Positions 1 through 12,869 of a DNA stretch of 37,374 nucleotides are shown here, piece by piece. The stretch covers positions 1 through 37,374 of the forward strand of contig NW_021836090.1 of NCBI RefSeq assembly GCF_006345805.1, in the 5' to 3' direction. Source of the DNA: Octopus sinensis (lineage: Eukaryota). The position numbers were made by a program, and so were the translations under genes. A model generated the notes under the pieces. It was not told the origin of the DNA, did no database searches, and was given only the letters and a program-made list of their open reading frames with translations. Within the stretch, counting starts at the first letter, position 1. The number at the start of each line of letters is the position of its first letter.

Positions 1-713
1 TTGTACCTTAGATTCATTTCTGGGTATTGTAAACCTGTAGAACAATGAAGGGAATGGCACAAGCTTGGGGAGGAGGGAGTGAAAAAAGGCAATGAGAACC
101 AGTTAAGTGGAAGAAGAGATGAAGAGGAAAGAGATAAGTGATGATTTGGAAGCGAAGGACCAGAGGAAAGAGGAGGAAAGAAAGGAATAGAAAGAATAGA
201 AAGAGAGAGGATGGACTCAATTTCGGCCATCCTCTATCCCTTATGCTTATTGGTTCTCTTCGTCACCCCACCTTCGTACCCGTATCCTTGTTTCTGCTTT
301 CTGCTTGGTTATAACAGTTTGCAAAAGCCGGGTTCATTTGTCTCCTCCAATTCCTGGCTGCATCGCTTCATCTTTGAAATGGGAACACTTTGGAGAAACT
401 TGCAAGAGGGAACAAATCTGGAAACAGCGAGATCATGGCTGATAGTTTTACGATGAGCTAACCCAGGCCAGAATCGAACCCACTATCTCTGTACTTACAA
501 GCCTTCTGGTTTGTTTACAAATATTGTACGGTAGCAGAGTTTCTGAGAGACAGGAGCTTTGGATTAGATTCCGTCGATCAAATTTCACAACCAAAAACAT
601 TGGTGAACTTGCTCTTTATAATGAGCTTGCCGTGCTGTAGGATCGAACCAGGAGCCATAGGATTGCAAAGCAAACTTTGCTGAACGCATAACCACGTCAA
701 TATTAATTAACGA

Positions 714-1700
714 ATGTGTCATTCGTACACCGAAGCCTCACCTTTACACACGCACGCACACACACACACACAAACACACATCACCAGCTCTATTACCACG
801 ATGACCACCACCACCAACACTACCAACACCAGCTCCACTACCACCGCTACCACGACGATGGCGACGACGACAACCACCACCACCACCACCACCACCACCA
901 CCACCACTGCCACCACTGCCACCACCTCCACCACCAAAACCACCACCACCACCACCACCATTATTGCTATCACCATCGCAACCTGCACTACTTACCAACG
1001 TTACCAATTACAACAGTTTTTCCATTACCACCGCCACCATCACCATCACTATCACCACCACTGCCAGTACTACCATGGCCACTACTACCGTGGCCACAAC
1101 CACTACCACCTCGTGCAGGGATAACAACACTACTGCTATTGCCATTCCCCGTTATCGTCTGCGCCATCGTCACCTTCACAATTATTGCCACTACCACCAC
1201 GACCACCACTAACGACAACAACAGCAAACGAAGGAACATTACAGTCACCACCATCGCTAACACCACCACCACCACCACCACCACCACCAAGACCACCACC
1301 ACCACAACAACAACAACAGCATCATCATAATCCTCCTCTTTCTCCTCTTCCTCCTCCTCATCATCATCACCACCAAAATTAATGACAAGCACACTAACAC
1401 ATTTTCTCAGCAACACAGCGATTACCTAAACCACCACCACCACCAGCACCAGCACCACCACCACCACCAGCACTACCACCACCACCACCACCACCACCAC
1501 CACCACCACCACCACCACCACTACCACCACCACCAGCACCACCATCTTCACCAGCACCACCAGCACCACCACCACCACCGCCACCACCACCGCCACCACC
1601 ACCACCACCACCACCACCGCCAAATTAATAATAGAGCGACACCATTAACAACAAAAGCAACAACTACAACAACAACAACAACAGCAACGACCACAACCAG
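714..1700. repeat. Compound trinucleotide low-complexity tract (CAC/ACC/AAC/CAT)n
   Basis: Imperfect ACC/CAC runs throughout; source of the poly-Thr/His/Val/Gly pseudo-ORFs. Confidence 0.95.
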
Positions 1701-1825
1701 GAAATTGGCGTTAAATCTTACAAGGGACACACGTTGGATGAAGTCATGAAGGTTTTAGTGACGGATGGAAAAAGCCTTTGATTGTCATAGAATCTGCTCA
1801 TTGAAGGGCCAGACAATGGGGCCAG

Positions 1826-1859
<34 letters not shown>

Positions 1860-1959
1860 GAATAAGGAGAATCACCGGTCAGACAGAGAAAACAAATATA
1901 AATACCTCAACTATAATTGATCAGTAAACAAGCAAGATAGAGAAAGAGGGGGAAAAAAG

Positions 1960-1976
1960 AGACGGAGAGAAAGAGA

Positions 1977-2024
<48 letters not shown>

Positions 2025-2100
2025 TGATCGATATGTATGTTTACGCACACATATGCATACATACATATAAACACATTACGCTTATTGTGTGTGTATGTAC

Positions 2101-2148
<48 letters not shown>

Positions 2149-2206
2149 TTATATACATATGTACATATATATAGATACACACACACACATATATGTAGAC
2201 ACACAC

Positions 2207-2237
<31 letters not shown>

Positions 2238-2468
2238 CATGCATACATAAATATATATATATACTTATATACATACATACATATATACATACATATATAC
2301 AAACATACATATACATACATATTTGTATATATACATACACACATATATATATTTATATATATATTTATATATATATATATAGATATCTATATATATATAT
2401 ATATATATTTGCATGCAAACACATACATATATGTATATATATATATGTGTATATATATATATATATAT

Positions 2469-2513
<45 letters not shown>

Positions 2514-2515
2514 TA
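1960..2515. repeat. Compound (GA)n, (TA)n, (TG)n, (CA)n, (TACA)n microsatellites
   Basis: Directly visible di- and tetranucleotide runs. Confidence 0.95.
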
Positions 2516-2719
2516 TTGAGTGAAGTGAGTCAGCCTGTCTAGACCGGAAGCTAAGGGGCGGGGTGAGACTGGGTACACGTTGCCTGTTGTCTGAACAGGT
2601 TGGTGATATATAACTTCCGATATAGACAAGTTTTAATGATTAATATAATTAGGGCAGTGGGACACGGCTTGCTAGGTAGACCGTAGGGAGCTATATAAAG
2701 GTCTTCTCATGCATCTATA

Positions 2720-3377
2720 CATGTATGTATGAAGGTATGTATGTATGTATGTATTTATGAAGGTATGTATGTATGTATGTATGTATGTATTTATGAAGGT
2801 ATGTATGTATGTATGTATGTATTTATGAAGGTATGTATGTATGTATGTATGTATGTATGTATGTATGTATGTATGTATGCATGCATGCATGCATGCATGT
2901 ATGTATGTATGTATGTATGTATGTATGTATGCATGTATGCATGTATGTATGTATGTATGTATGTATGTATGTATGTATGTATGTATGCATGTATGTATGT
3001 ATGTATGTATGTATGTATGTATGTATGGAGGTATGTATGCATGTATGTATGCATGTATGTATGTATTGTATGTATGCATGTATGTAGTATGTATTATGTA
3101 ATGTATGTAATGTATGTAGTATGTATGTATGTATGCATGTATGTATGTATGCATGTATGTATGTATGTAGTATGTATGTATGCATGTATGTATGTATGTA
3201 TGTATGTATGTATGCATGTATGTATGTATGTATGTATGTATGTATGTATGTATGTATGCATGTATGTATGTATGTATGTATGTATGTATGTATGTATGTA
3301 TGTATGCATTATGTATGTATGTATGTATGTATGTCTTATGCATGTATGTAATGTATGTAGTATGTCTGTATGTATGC

Positions 3378-3408
<31 letters not shown>

Positions 3409-4275
3409 TTTATGTATGTATGTATGTACGTACGCATGGAGGTATGTATGCATGTATGTATGTATGTATGTATGTATGTATGTATGTATGTATGTATGTA
3501 TGTATGCATGTATGTATGTATGTATGCATGTATGTATGTATGCATGTATGTATGTATGTATGTATGTATGTATGTATGTACGTACGCATGGAGGTATGTA
3601 TACGTGTGTGCATATATGTCTGTGTGTGCATGTATGTATATATGTATAAATGTGTGTCTGTGTATATGTATTTATGTATGCATGTGTGTATGCCTGTGTG
3701 TGTAAGCTTATATGTGTATATTTATGCCTATGTAAGCATCAGTATGTACGTATGTGTATGCATATGTATGTGTATGTATGTATGTGTATGTATACTCGTG
3801 TGTATGCATATTTGTTTGTCCATGCTTGTATGTATGCATGCATGCATGCATGTATGTATGTATGTATGTATGTATGTATGTATGTATGTATGTATGTATG
3901 TGTGTGTGTATGTATGTATGTATGTGTGTGTGTGTATATGTATGTATGTATGAATGCATGTATGCAGATGTATGTATTTATGCATAAGCATGTATGTACG
4001 TATAATGTGTTACTATGCAAATATGACTGTCTATGTGCGCATGTTTGTAAGTGTGTATATATGAATGTATGTATGCAGAGTAATACGTACATATGTAAGT
4101 GCGTATATACATGTATGTTTGTAGAAACAAACATACATGTTTACACGCACATATATGCAAGCATATATGTACGTACGTACATACGTCGGTATGTATGTAT
4201 ATATGTATGCAGATGTTAGCATAAATATACGCATACATGCATATATACATATATATTTGTCTGTGTGTATGCATG
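2720..4275. repeat. ~1.5 kb (TATG)n tetranucleotide array, degenerate at its right end
   Basis: TATG repeats with TGCA variants; gives the MYVC/HTYI pseudo-ORFs. Confidence 0.97.
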
Positions 4276-4751
4276 AGCACCCTTGAGTTCGTCTCCTAAG
4301 TAAGAGTCTGATTCCAAAGCTTCATTGCAGGAATTTGTGTAACAAAAATGGTAAAAGTTACACGCGTTGAACTTTAGAAAAACTTTGCGCATTTTTTTTG
4401 TTTGAATTTCTTGTATCGAAAGGGGGAGAAGGTAAAGTCCCTAAATCTTTACCGGGACTTCGAAATTGGCGAGAGCTCCGAAAACGTGCAACAGAATGTT
4501 TTCCCCTAAAAATACCCGCGGTCTCAGATGGTGATATTAAATCAGGTCTAGGTGACTGATTATTTCTACCACCCACGTAGGCCATGACAAAATTTGAACT
4601 CAGAGTGCAAAAAGCCGGACCAAATGTTGCAAGGCATGCGGTCCAGCATTCGTACTGTCTCTTCAATGCATTGACAAACTGTGTACTAGATGGTCACTTT
4701 CTTTACCTGAAAATCTTAGCTTTTCGAGATTGCCACTTTGCCATTTACTAA

Positions 4752-4972
4752 CATATTGGTTTCAAATTTTGGCACTAGGCCCAACAATTTCAGGTGAGGG
4801 GCTGAATTAATTACTTAGACCTTAGTGGTCAACTGGTACTTATTTTAACGATCCTGAAAAGGATGAAAGGCAAAGTCGACCTCGACGGTATTTGGACTCA
4901 GAACGTAAAGATTGTTGAAATTCCGCTAAGCATTTTGCCCGGCGTGCTAACGATTTCGTTAGCTCACCACCT
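4752..4972 (-). mobile_element. SINE family B, tail type 2 (tRNA-like head + Deu/Nin-like core)
   Basis: Reverse complement has head GGTGAGCTAACGAAATCGTTAGCACGCCGGGC, core GTCGACTTTGCCTTTCATCC..AAGTACCAG and tail GTGCCAAAATTTGAAACCAATATG; homologous to other copies in the window. Confidence 0.85.
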
Positions 4973-5010
4973 TATAAACAATTAAATATTCAATCAGAAA
5001 ATAATGAAAA

Positions 5011-5361
5011 TTAAGAGCACTCAGAGAGCGCAAACCTCCGCCAAAGCAACACCAACATCATCTCAACGATTAGCCAGAGACGATTTTTAAAATGGGAATA
5101 TCTGAAATAAACTCGACTTTTCTCACAAACGAGAATACTAAAAATGAAACCGACCGCTCTCAAAAATTAAGTAAAAAATCCGGAAGAATAATCCAGAATC
5201 CTTGCCCCGTACCTAATCGATCCCCAAATCTAATCAGTTTGTGCCAGTCACGAGGCCAAACATTCCTGAAAGTTTCATCTGAATCCATCCATCGGTTCTT
5301 GGGATATCATGTCCACCGACATACAAACACGACTGAAAACAATACCTCCACCTTAGGTAAT
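5011..5361 (-). mobile_element. Non-autonomous Helentron-associated (HINE/DINE-1-like) element
   Basis: Minus strand: 5' ACCTAAGGTGGAGGT palindromic motif, 3' subterminal GGCGGAGGT, then hairpin GCGCTC-tct-GAGTGC (5017-5031) and T-rich end. Architecture matches HINE/DINE-1; family call is from recall. Confidence 0.55.
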
Positions 5362-5384
5362 GCATTCTTTTATAGGCACAAACT

Positions 5385-5700
5385 CAAAAATATTAGGGAT
5401 GGATTAATCGATTATATCGATCCCAGTGCTCAAATGATGTTTAGTTTGTCTACCACGTAAGTATGAATACCAAAGTTCACATCCAAGCATTTCTCGGGTG
5501 TGCTAACGAGTCTGCTAGTTTGCTGCTTTTATGATAATCATTTCTGTTATAGCAGAAGAGCTGAAATTTGAGGGGAGGGTCCCAGTTGTTGCACCGACCC
5601 CTAGTACTCAAAAGGCAATTCTTCTATCAAACAAAGAACGGATGAAAGGCAATGTCGACCTCGGCGGAAGAAATGCTATAAGGCATTTAATCCGAGAGCT
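5385..5700 (-). mobile_element. Two decayed family-B SINE fragments
   Basis: ATCGATCCCAGTGCTCAA..GTGCTAACGAG (about 5410-5520) and GGATGAAAGGCAATGTCGACCTCGGCGGA (about 5640-5670) match the family-B core/head. Confidence 0.6.
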
Positions 5701-5989
5701 GATGATCCTATCAGTTCCTCGCTTTTATTAAAATATCAACTTTTAGTGATAATTGCCCAAAAGAGCGTAACGCACGTGCTAATTTATTAATTGAATGATA
5801 AGCGGAATCATAATATATTTCGTTTTATAATACTATTTTATGATAATACAATATTTCGTTTTTTTTTCTTCTAAAGAAATAAATTAATAGATTGTTATGA
5901 GCTCGTTATTTTAATTTTATGTTTAAATCAAAAGAGTGTTCTTGTTTTAGTGCTGTTTTAGAAAAAAAAAATTATATATTATATATATA

Positions 5990-6395
5990 GGCGCAGGAGT
6001 GGCTGTGGGGTAAGTAGCTTGCTAACCAACCACATGGTTCCGGGTTCAGTCCCACTGCGTGACATCTTGGGCAAGTGTCTTCTGCTATAGCCCCGGGCCG
6101 ACCAATGCCTTGTGAGTGGATTTGGTAGAGGGAAACTGAAAGAAGCCCGTCGTATATATAGATATATATGTGTGTGTGTGTATGTTGTGTGTCTGTGTTT
6201 GTCCCCCTAGCATTGCCTGACAACCGATGCTGGTGTGTTTACGTCCCCGTCACTTAGCGGTTCGGCAAAAGAGACCGATAGAATAAGTACTGGGCTTACA
6301 AAGAATAAGTCCCGGGGTCGATTTGCTCGACTAAAGGCGGTGCTCCAGCATGGCCGCAGTCAAATGACTGAAACAAGTAAAAGAGTAAAAGAGTA
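5990..6395 (+). mobile_element. SINE family A (tRNA-like head, CORE-like segment, internal microsatellite), full length
   Basis: A-box-like TGGCTGTGGGGT, B-box-like GGTTCAGTCCC, CORE-like ATCTTGGGCAAGTGTCTT, internal (TA)/(TG) run, tail (GTAAAAGA)n; about 10 homologues in the window. Confidence 0.9.
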
Positions 6396-6578
6396 ATAAA
6401 TTACATATACACAAACACATAAACACACAGCAGAACACACACATATATATATACACATATCTATACACAATGAAGCGCTTTTTCATTATCTGAAAGTAAA
6501 ATTCCTATTTAATCTTTCAATAAAAGAGAACAAACTATACTTATAATTATACTTATGCAATAACATTGCATATGATGA

Positions 6579-6822
6579 TGTGTCTGGGGAGAGTCATTTT
6601 CTTTTTGTGCCTTATAATGTAACACGCTCACCGGTAAAATTTCCACTTATTTCTTATTTTTATTTTCCTAGTTTTCGTTGTGCCTTGCAACCTTTTCAAT
6701 AGTTTTGACTCTAAGACGCAACGAAAACTTCAGGAAAATAAAAATAAGAAATAAGTGGAAATTTTACCGGTGAGTGTGTTACATTATAAGGCACAAAAAG
6801 AAAATGACCCTCCCGAGACACA
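6579..6822. repeat. Long inverted repeat (arms ~108 bp, 26-bp spacer)
   Basis: 6579-6686 is the near-perfect reverse complement of 6713-6822. Confidence 0.92.
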
Positions 6823-7046
6823 ACAGAATATGCTTCAACACACGAACTCATATAAAGAATCTTGTAGAGGACGCATGGCACGGGGACTAAGCCTTGGGTA
6901 TAATATATATATATATGTATATATATATAGATTCCGATGAATTAGGTACTTAGGTTGAGGCACCAGAATTTAGTACGGTATTATCCATACAATTTCAAAA
7001 TAAGGTGATTAAAATTAAAATAACCAACAAGGATATACAGAAGTAA

Positions 7047-7132
7047 TGCAGTACGATCGTTTCAAGCAACTCCATTTAATTGAACAATGAAATCATTACA
7101 TCAATTTAAATGCAGAGCAATCCTCAGCTGCA
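7047..7132 (-). ncRNA. Type I hammerhead-ribozyme-like motif with extended stem II
   Basis: Minus strand: TGCAG-CTGAGGA-[long hairpin CATTTAAATTGA/TCAATTAAATG]-GAAAC-GATC-GTA-CTGCA. Stem I is 5 WC pairs + 1 GU; stem III is the palindrome ACGATCGT; base of stem II has U.U mismatches. Confidence 0.6.
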
Positions 7133-7256
7133 CAAAGACATAGAATTAAATTAAATTCAAACAGATGGACACATTAGTATAATTTTCCCTAAAACCTCCA
7201 AGAAGGTAAGGAGATAGACAAAGAACATGCTGTCTTCACTTCAGCTTAGAAGCTCC

Positions 7257-7336
<80 letters not shown>

Positions 7337-7664
7337 GTATGTGTGTGTGTATGTATGTATATATGCATATATACATACATATATGTATATATGTACATAC
7401 AAACATACATACATACGTACGTACATACACACACACACACACACGCACACACGCACACACACACATATATATACGCATATGTGGGTACAGGACGTCACAA
7501 AAGTAAACAACATGAAATACGAAGACAAATTTGGGTATGCGAACAACGAGAGAAACAAATGGAAAACAAGACAAGTAACATAAAGAACGACCCTTCATCA
7601 GTTGTCGGCTGTCTATCTACTCCTCATTTCGAGCATTTAACGACAATAGGGTTACCCATTCACC

Positions 7665-7770
7665 GCTCTGTTGGTTGGAGCAACGCGAAGTGAGGTGTTT
7701 TGCTCAAGAACACAACGTGAGCAGCCGGTGTGGAATCGAAAGCTCGACCATTCGATCGTAAAAGCAAGGG
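7665..7770 (-). mobile_element. Decayed SINE fragment (putative family D, head half)
   Basis: GGAGCAACGCGAAGTGAGGTGTTTTGCTCAAGAACACAAC..GGAATCGAA; reverse complement carries B-box-like TTCGATTCC. Family link is from recall. Confidence 0.4.
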
Positions 7771-7827
7771 TGATGCCCCAGCATGACCGCGGTTTTCGAG
7801 CGTTAACTAGTTAAAGCAGTTAATGAG

Positions 7828-7940
<113 letters not shown>

Positions 7941-8059
7941 CTTTCTTTCTATCTCTTTCTTTCTATGCATGCATATATACTATATAATAATATATATATA
8001 TCATATATATATATAATATATATATATATATATGCATATACATTATAGTTTATGCGTTA

Positions 8060-8105
<46 letters not shown>

Positions 8106-8106
<1 letters not shown>

Positions 8107-8279
8107 GGCTGTGTGGTAAGTAGCTTCCTTACCAAGCACATGGTTCCAGGTTCAGTCTCACTGCGTGGCATCTTGGGCAAGTATCTTCTACTATAGCCTC
8201 GTGCCGACCAAAGCCTTGTGAGTGGATTTGGTAGATGGAAACTGAAAGAAGCCCGTCGTATATATGTATACATGTGTGT

Positions 8280-8330
<51 letters not shown>

Positions 8331-8529
8331 TCTGCGTTTGTCCCACCCCATCATTGCTTGACAACCGATGCTGGTGTCTTTATGTCCTCGTAACTTAGCG
8401 ATTCGACAAAAGAGACCGATAGAATAAGTACTAGGTTTACAAAGAATAAGACCCGGGGTCGATTCGCTCGACTAAAGGCGGTGCTCCAGCATGGCCACAG
8501 TCAAATGACTGAAACAAAAGAATAAAAGA

Positions 8530-8530
<1 letters not shown>
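8106..8530 (+). mobile_element. SINE family A, flanked by (ATT)n
   Basis: Colinear homology with 5990-6395. Confidence 0.9.
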
Positions 8531-8603
<73 letters not shown>

Positions 8604-8872
8604 GTTGTTGTTGTTGTTGTTGTTATTATATTAATTCAGATGGAACCTCAGAAAAAGAAATTAGAAAAATAGTTCAATCATTAAATATCTAAAAAAAATA
8701 TCCTTTTTTGGTGAAGATTAATCACGATTTAAAAATAGCCAATATACATCCTTTTGAATCAGTCTTTAAATAATTCATAGACTTTTTCCAATCTTAAATA
8801 TGATGACAAACAATATTAATCTACGAATTCTGAAATACAACCGTCATTGTTTTTAGGAATGGTTAGACTTAC

Positions 8873-8965
8873 CGTTGGTCTCATTTTGTCTGTACTTATG
8901 GCTATGATCAAAGTCATTCCATTGATGACCAACTTGTCTTCTTGGTGTATGTTGGACTACATTAT
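8873..8965 (-). CDS. Candidate internal exon (93 nt, phase 1-1) of an unidentified host gene
   Basis: Minus strand: TTTATTAG| acceptor and consensus donor ACG|GTAAGT; open frame (D)NVVQHTPRRQVGHQWNDFDHSHKYRQNETN(G). No protein recognised; weak polypyrimidine tract. Confidence 0.3.
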
Positions 8966-9112
8966 CTAATAAATCCTTGTTATTCTTGTGATTTTGAAGG
9001 AGATTTAGCTGCAATTTCTAGTAAGACGAATGACTACGTTGAGATTCACTAGTTGTTGTTATACACTGGAGAACTGTTGACTTAATGTGCCCTATATACG
9101 TAGGTTAGTGAT

Positions 9113-9393
9113 GGCACATGGCCTAGTGATTAGAGCAGCGGATCGTGGTCGAGGAATCGCGGGTTCGAATCTCAGACCGGGCGATGTGTGTGTTTATAAG
9201 CGAAACACCTAAGCTCCACGCGGCTCCGGCAGAAGGTAATGGAGAACTTCTGCTGACACTTTCGCCACAACTTTCTCTCAATCTTTCCTCCTGTATCTTG
9301 CAGCTCACCTGCGACAGACCGGCGTCCCGTCCAGGTGGAGAATCGGGAAACCGGCCCTATGAGCCAGGCGTTGCTTGAAAAGGAAGAAACAAC
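9113..9393 (+). mobile_element. SINE family C variant (tRNA-like head, alternative tail)
   Basis: TGGCCTAGTGATTAG..GGTTCGAATCTC head and AAACACCTAAGCTCCACG..CACAACTTTCTCTC body shared with 29508-29889; 3' end differs. Confidence 0.75.
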
Positions 9394-9789
9394 ATATCTG
9401 TAGTTTGTGATGCGGTTGACTGTTGAGCATACCACATCCAAGTTGTCTAAGCACAGATCTTTCGGTCTCTTTAACCAGTAATTCGATATACTGAACACAT
9501 GCATGCATGCACACACATTCGCGTGTACATATAAAGACACACGGGCGCTCGCTTGAATTTTTGTCTTTCAAATTCCATATATATTTGGAGAAAGTAGTTG
9601 TCGATTTGCTGGCTGGAGAGTTAAATTTTCGCGAAAAAATATTAGAATTCTTTTTACTTTGAAATGGCTTGCAACCAACAGAAATATGTTTTTCAGGGCC
9701 CACATCTCAATTGCTTCCTTAACTCAGGGATTTAACTTTAAGCAGCCGGGTTCACCTGGCTGTAAATAAACTATAGGTAAATATCAAAT

Positions 9790-10235
9790 AGCAGTACAGT
9801 TTAACTTTAAGTTGGTACGATATTGAGGTGTAGTCCAATTAACTACAATATGGTACCACCGCGAGGTGCTAGTCTACCAAGCTCTAAAAATGTACCACAG
9901 CGAAATACTAGACTTCAGCTAGCTCTAAAAAGGGACACTGTGATCACTACAGGCATCTTACCTATACGCAGGCATCACCACGAGTAGCATTATTTCTATA
10001 GCTCAAAGCCAGCATCACAGTATGTTACTATAATTCACCTAGCTTTCAGTAAGTACCATAATGAGGTACAATTTATCTAGCTGAAGTAGGTACCACATTA
10101 AGATACAACAGTTCACCTAGACGTACCATAGAGAGTTAGTACAGTCCATCTAGCTGTATTATCCTTTTATTCTTTGGAGCACCACCATAATCAATACAGT
10201 CCATCTAGCTGTATGTAGGTACCACAGTAAATTAC
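9790..10235. repeat. Highly degenerate ~39-bp minisatellite, ~11 units
   Basis: GGTACCAC-like anchor at about 9814, 9852, 9891, 9932, 9971, 10011, 10052, 10089, 10122, 10178, 10218; consensus approximately TACAGTYCAYCTAGCTSTAAGTAGGTACCACAGTGAGG. Confidence 0.75.
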
Positions 10236-10453
10236 CATATTTTTTTCCTGTCCACAAGTGTGAAGGTGAACAGCTCACCTCAGCGGTGTAAACAGTGGGA
10301 GCACTGCCAATTTCACGATGAATTAATTCGCGTGTGCAGTGTTTACGTTTAAAGAGGAATCTTACGCGCGATGTGTGTTTATGTATGTGTGTATATATGA
10401 ATGTGTTTATGCATGTATGTACGTATGTATATATTTGTGTATGTATGCGTGTA

Positions 10454-10661
10454 TACTCTTTTACTCTTTTACTTGCTTCAGTCATTTGACTGCGGCCATA
10501 CTGGAGCACAGCCTTTAATCCAGCAACTCGACCCGGGACTTATTCTTTTGTAAGCCCAGTACTTATTCTATCGGTCTCTTTTGCCGAACCACTAAGTAAC
10601 GGGGACATAAACACACCAGCATCGGTTGTCAAACAATGCTAGGGGGACAAACACGCACTCG

Positions 10662-10698
<37 letters not shown>

Positions 10699-10864
10699 TA
10701 CGACGGGGTTCTTTCAGTTTCCGTCTACCAAATCCACTCACAAGGCTTTGGTCGGCCCGAGGCTACAGTAGAAGACACTTGCCCAAGGTGCCACGCAGTG
10801 GGACTGAACCCGGAACCATGTGGCTGGTAAGCAAACTACTTACCAGACAGCCACTCCTGCGCCT
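10454..10864 (-). mobile_element. SINE family A, full length
   Basis: Reverse-complement homology with 5990-6395. Confidence 0.9.
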
Positions 10865-10912
10865 ATATGTATATATTTGTGTATGTATGTGTGTTTGTGT
10901 GTGTGTATGTTT

Positions 10913-10964
<52 letters not shown>

Positions 10965-11434
10965 AGAAGAAGAAGAAATGATCGACTGTGGTAGACGGCC
11001 TCTCTATCCAGGTGCAGTGTGATGCGGTAAGAAGCTTTACGTGTCATTTATTAATCTTCATCTCTCAAGAAAAAGAAGATAGCTACCTGGTGTGCACGCG
11101 TGTGTCTTCGTACGTGTGTTATCGTTGTTGTTGTTGTTGGTGGTGGTGGTGGTGGTGGCGGTGGCGGTGGTGGTGTGCTTCAGATGGAATATTTATAAAA
11201 CATTTATAACCACCATCAATGGAATTAACACAGTTTCCCAAACGTTTTACATCAAATCAACAACAGAAAGACAAGGACACCGACCTAAATCTCCCACACA
11301 AATCTCTGTGTGAGTGTGTGTATATGTATGTATGTAACTATGTATGTATATATGTATGTATATGTGTTGCACACACACACACATATATATACTACACATA
11401 TACACATATACATGTACACCTATATATACATATG

Positions 11435-11496
<62 letters not shown>

Positions 11497-11701
11497 TATA
11501 TATATATACTATACACATATACCTGTATACACACACACACATATATATAATATGTATACATGTATATGTGTATATGTGTGTATGTATATATATACATATG
11601 TAGAGGTATATATTCAGGCGCTCAAACGCATATATACACGCGTATATTAATATGTATGTAGGTGCGTGTGTGCGCGCGTGTATCATATATATATATATAT
11701 A

Positions 11702-11742
<41 letters not shown>

Positions 11743-12012
11743 TATATGTAATATACTTGTATGATTTTATGCATATACATACATATTCATATATATTATA
11801 TATATATATATATATATTATACAGACGCAAACTATAAACACACAAACACATATATATTATATATATATATATATAGTTAGCGTGTAATTATACACATACA
11901 TGGATGCTTGTGTATACGTACACACCCACTTACATATATATTGTTGTGTGCGTATGTGTTTACGCCTATGTATATGTATTTGTGTACGTGTCTCTAACGC
12001 TCTCCCTTTCAC

Positions 12013-12045
<33 letters not shown>

Positions 12046-12869
12046 AACACACACACACAAACACAAACACACATGCACCCCCCCCCCACAAATACTATCA
12101 AGCAACAGCGACCACCAGGAACATGTCTGCCAAAAGGATGACGTTCGAACGACCGATTAAGCATCGTAACAAAAATCCTCTGACACAGGCCGAGACAAAT
12201 AATTAGAAAGCATCAAATTAATAATTTATTTATGCAACAAGTATTTGCCTGTTGTTATTGCTGTTGTTGTTGTTGTTGTTGTTCTTGTTTTTGTTATTTT
12301 CGTTGTTTGCCTTCTTTAAACGTAGCCTGCAATATAATAGTGTTGACTCAATGGCTACGTGACGTCAGCAGGAATAATACTAATAATAACGAGAGAAGAA
12401 AAACAATAAAAGAAAGAAAGAAAAAAATAAAACAAAACTAATGAACTTCGTAATGTATTGAATAATGGAAGAAGCAGACGACATTGCTGTAGGTAAAATA
12501 TATTTAGCACCCACTCTGTATATCATGTATGTTTGTATGTATGTATGTATGTATGTATGTATGTATGTATGTATGTATGTATGTATGTGTGTGTGTGTGT
12601 ATGTATGTATTATGTATGTATGCATCTCTCTCCCCTTCTCTCTCTCCCTCTCTCTCACCTCTCTTCCCCCTCTCTCTCCCCCTCTCTCTCCCCCTCTCTC
12701 TCTATATATATATGTATATGTGTGTGTATGTGCGTGTGTATATATATATATACACATACACATTCACACACACATACACTTATATATATATATATATACA
12801 CACACATACGCATTCATATGTATATACACGTTCATATATATATATATATATACATACATGCACATTCAT

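Noticed and set aside
211-456. Exon or short gene near the window start
   Set aside because: Acceptor-like site on minus but frames close quickly; no recognisable product.
714-4280. Long ORFs (poly-Thr/His/Val, MYVC/HTYI repeats)
   Set aside because: Translations of stop-free microsatellites, open in many frames on both strands.
7590-7635. Type II hammerhead (minus: CTCGAAA..CTGATGAAGGG)
   Set aside because: Stems I and III cannot be paired convincingly in this copy; needs a family consensus.
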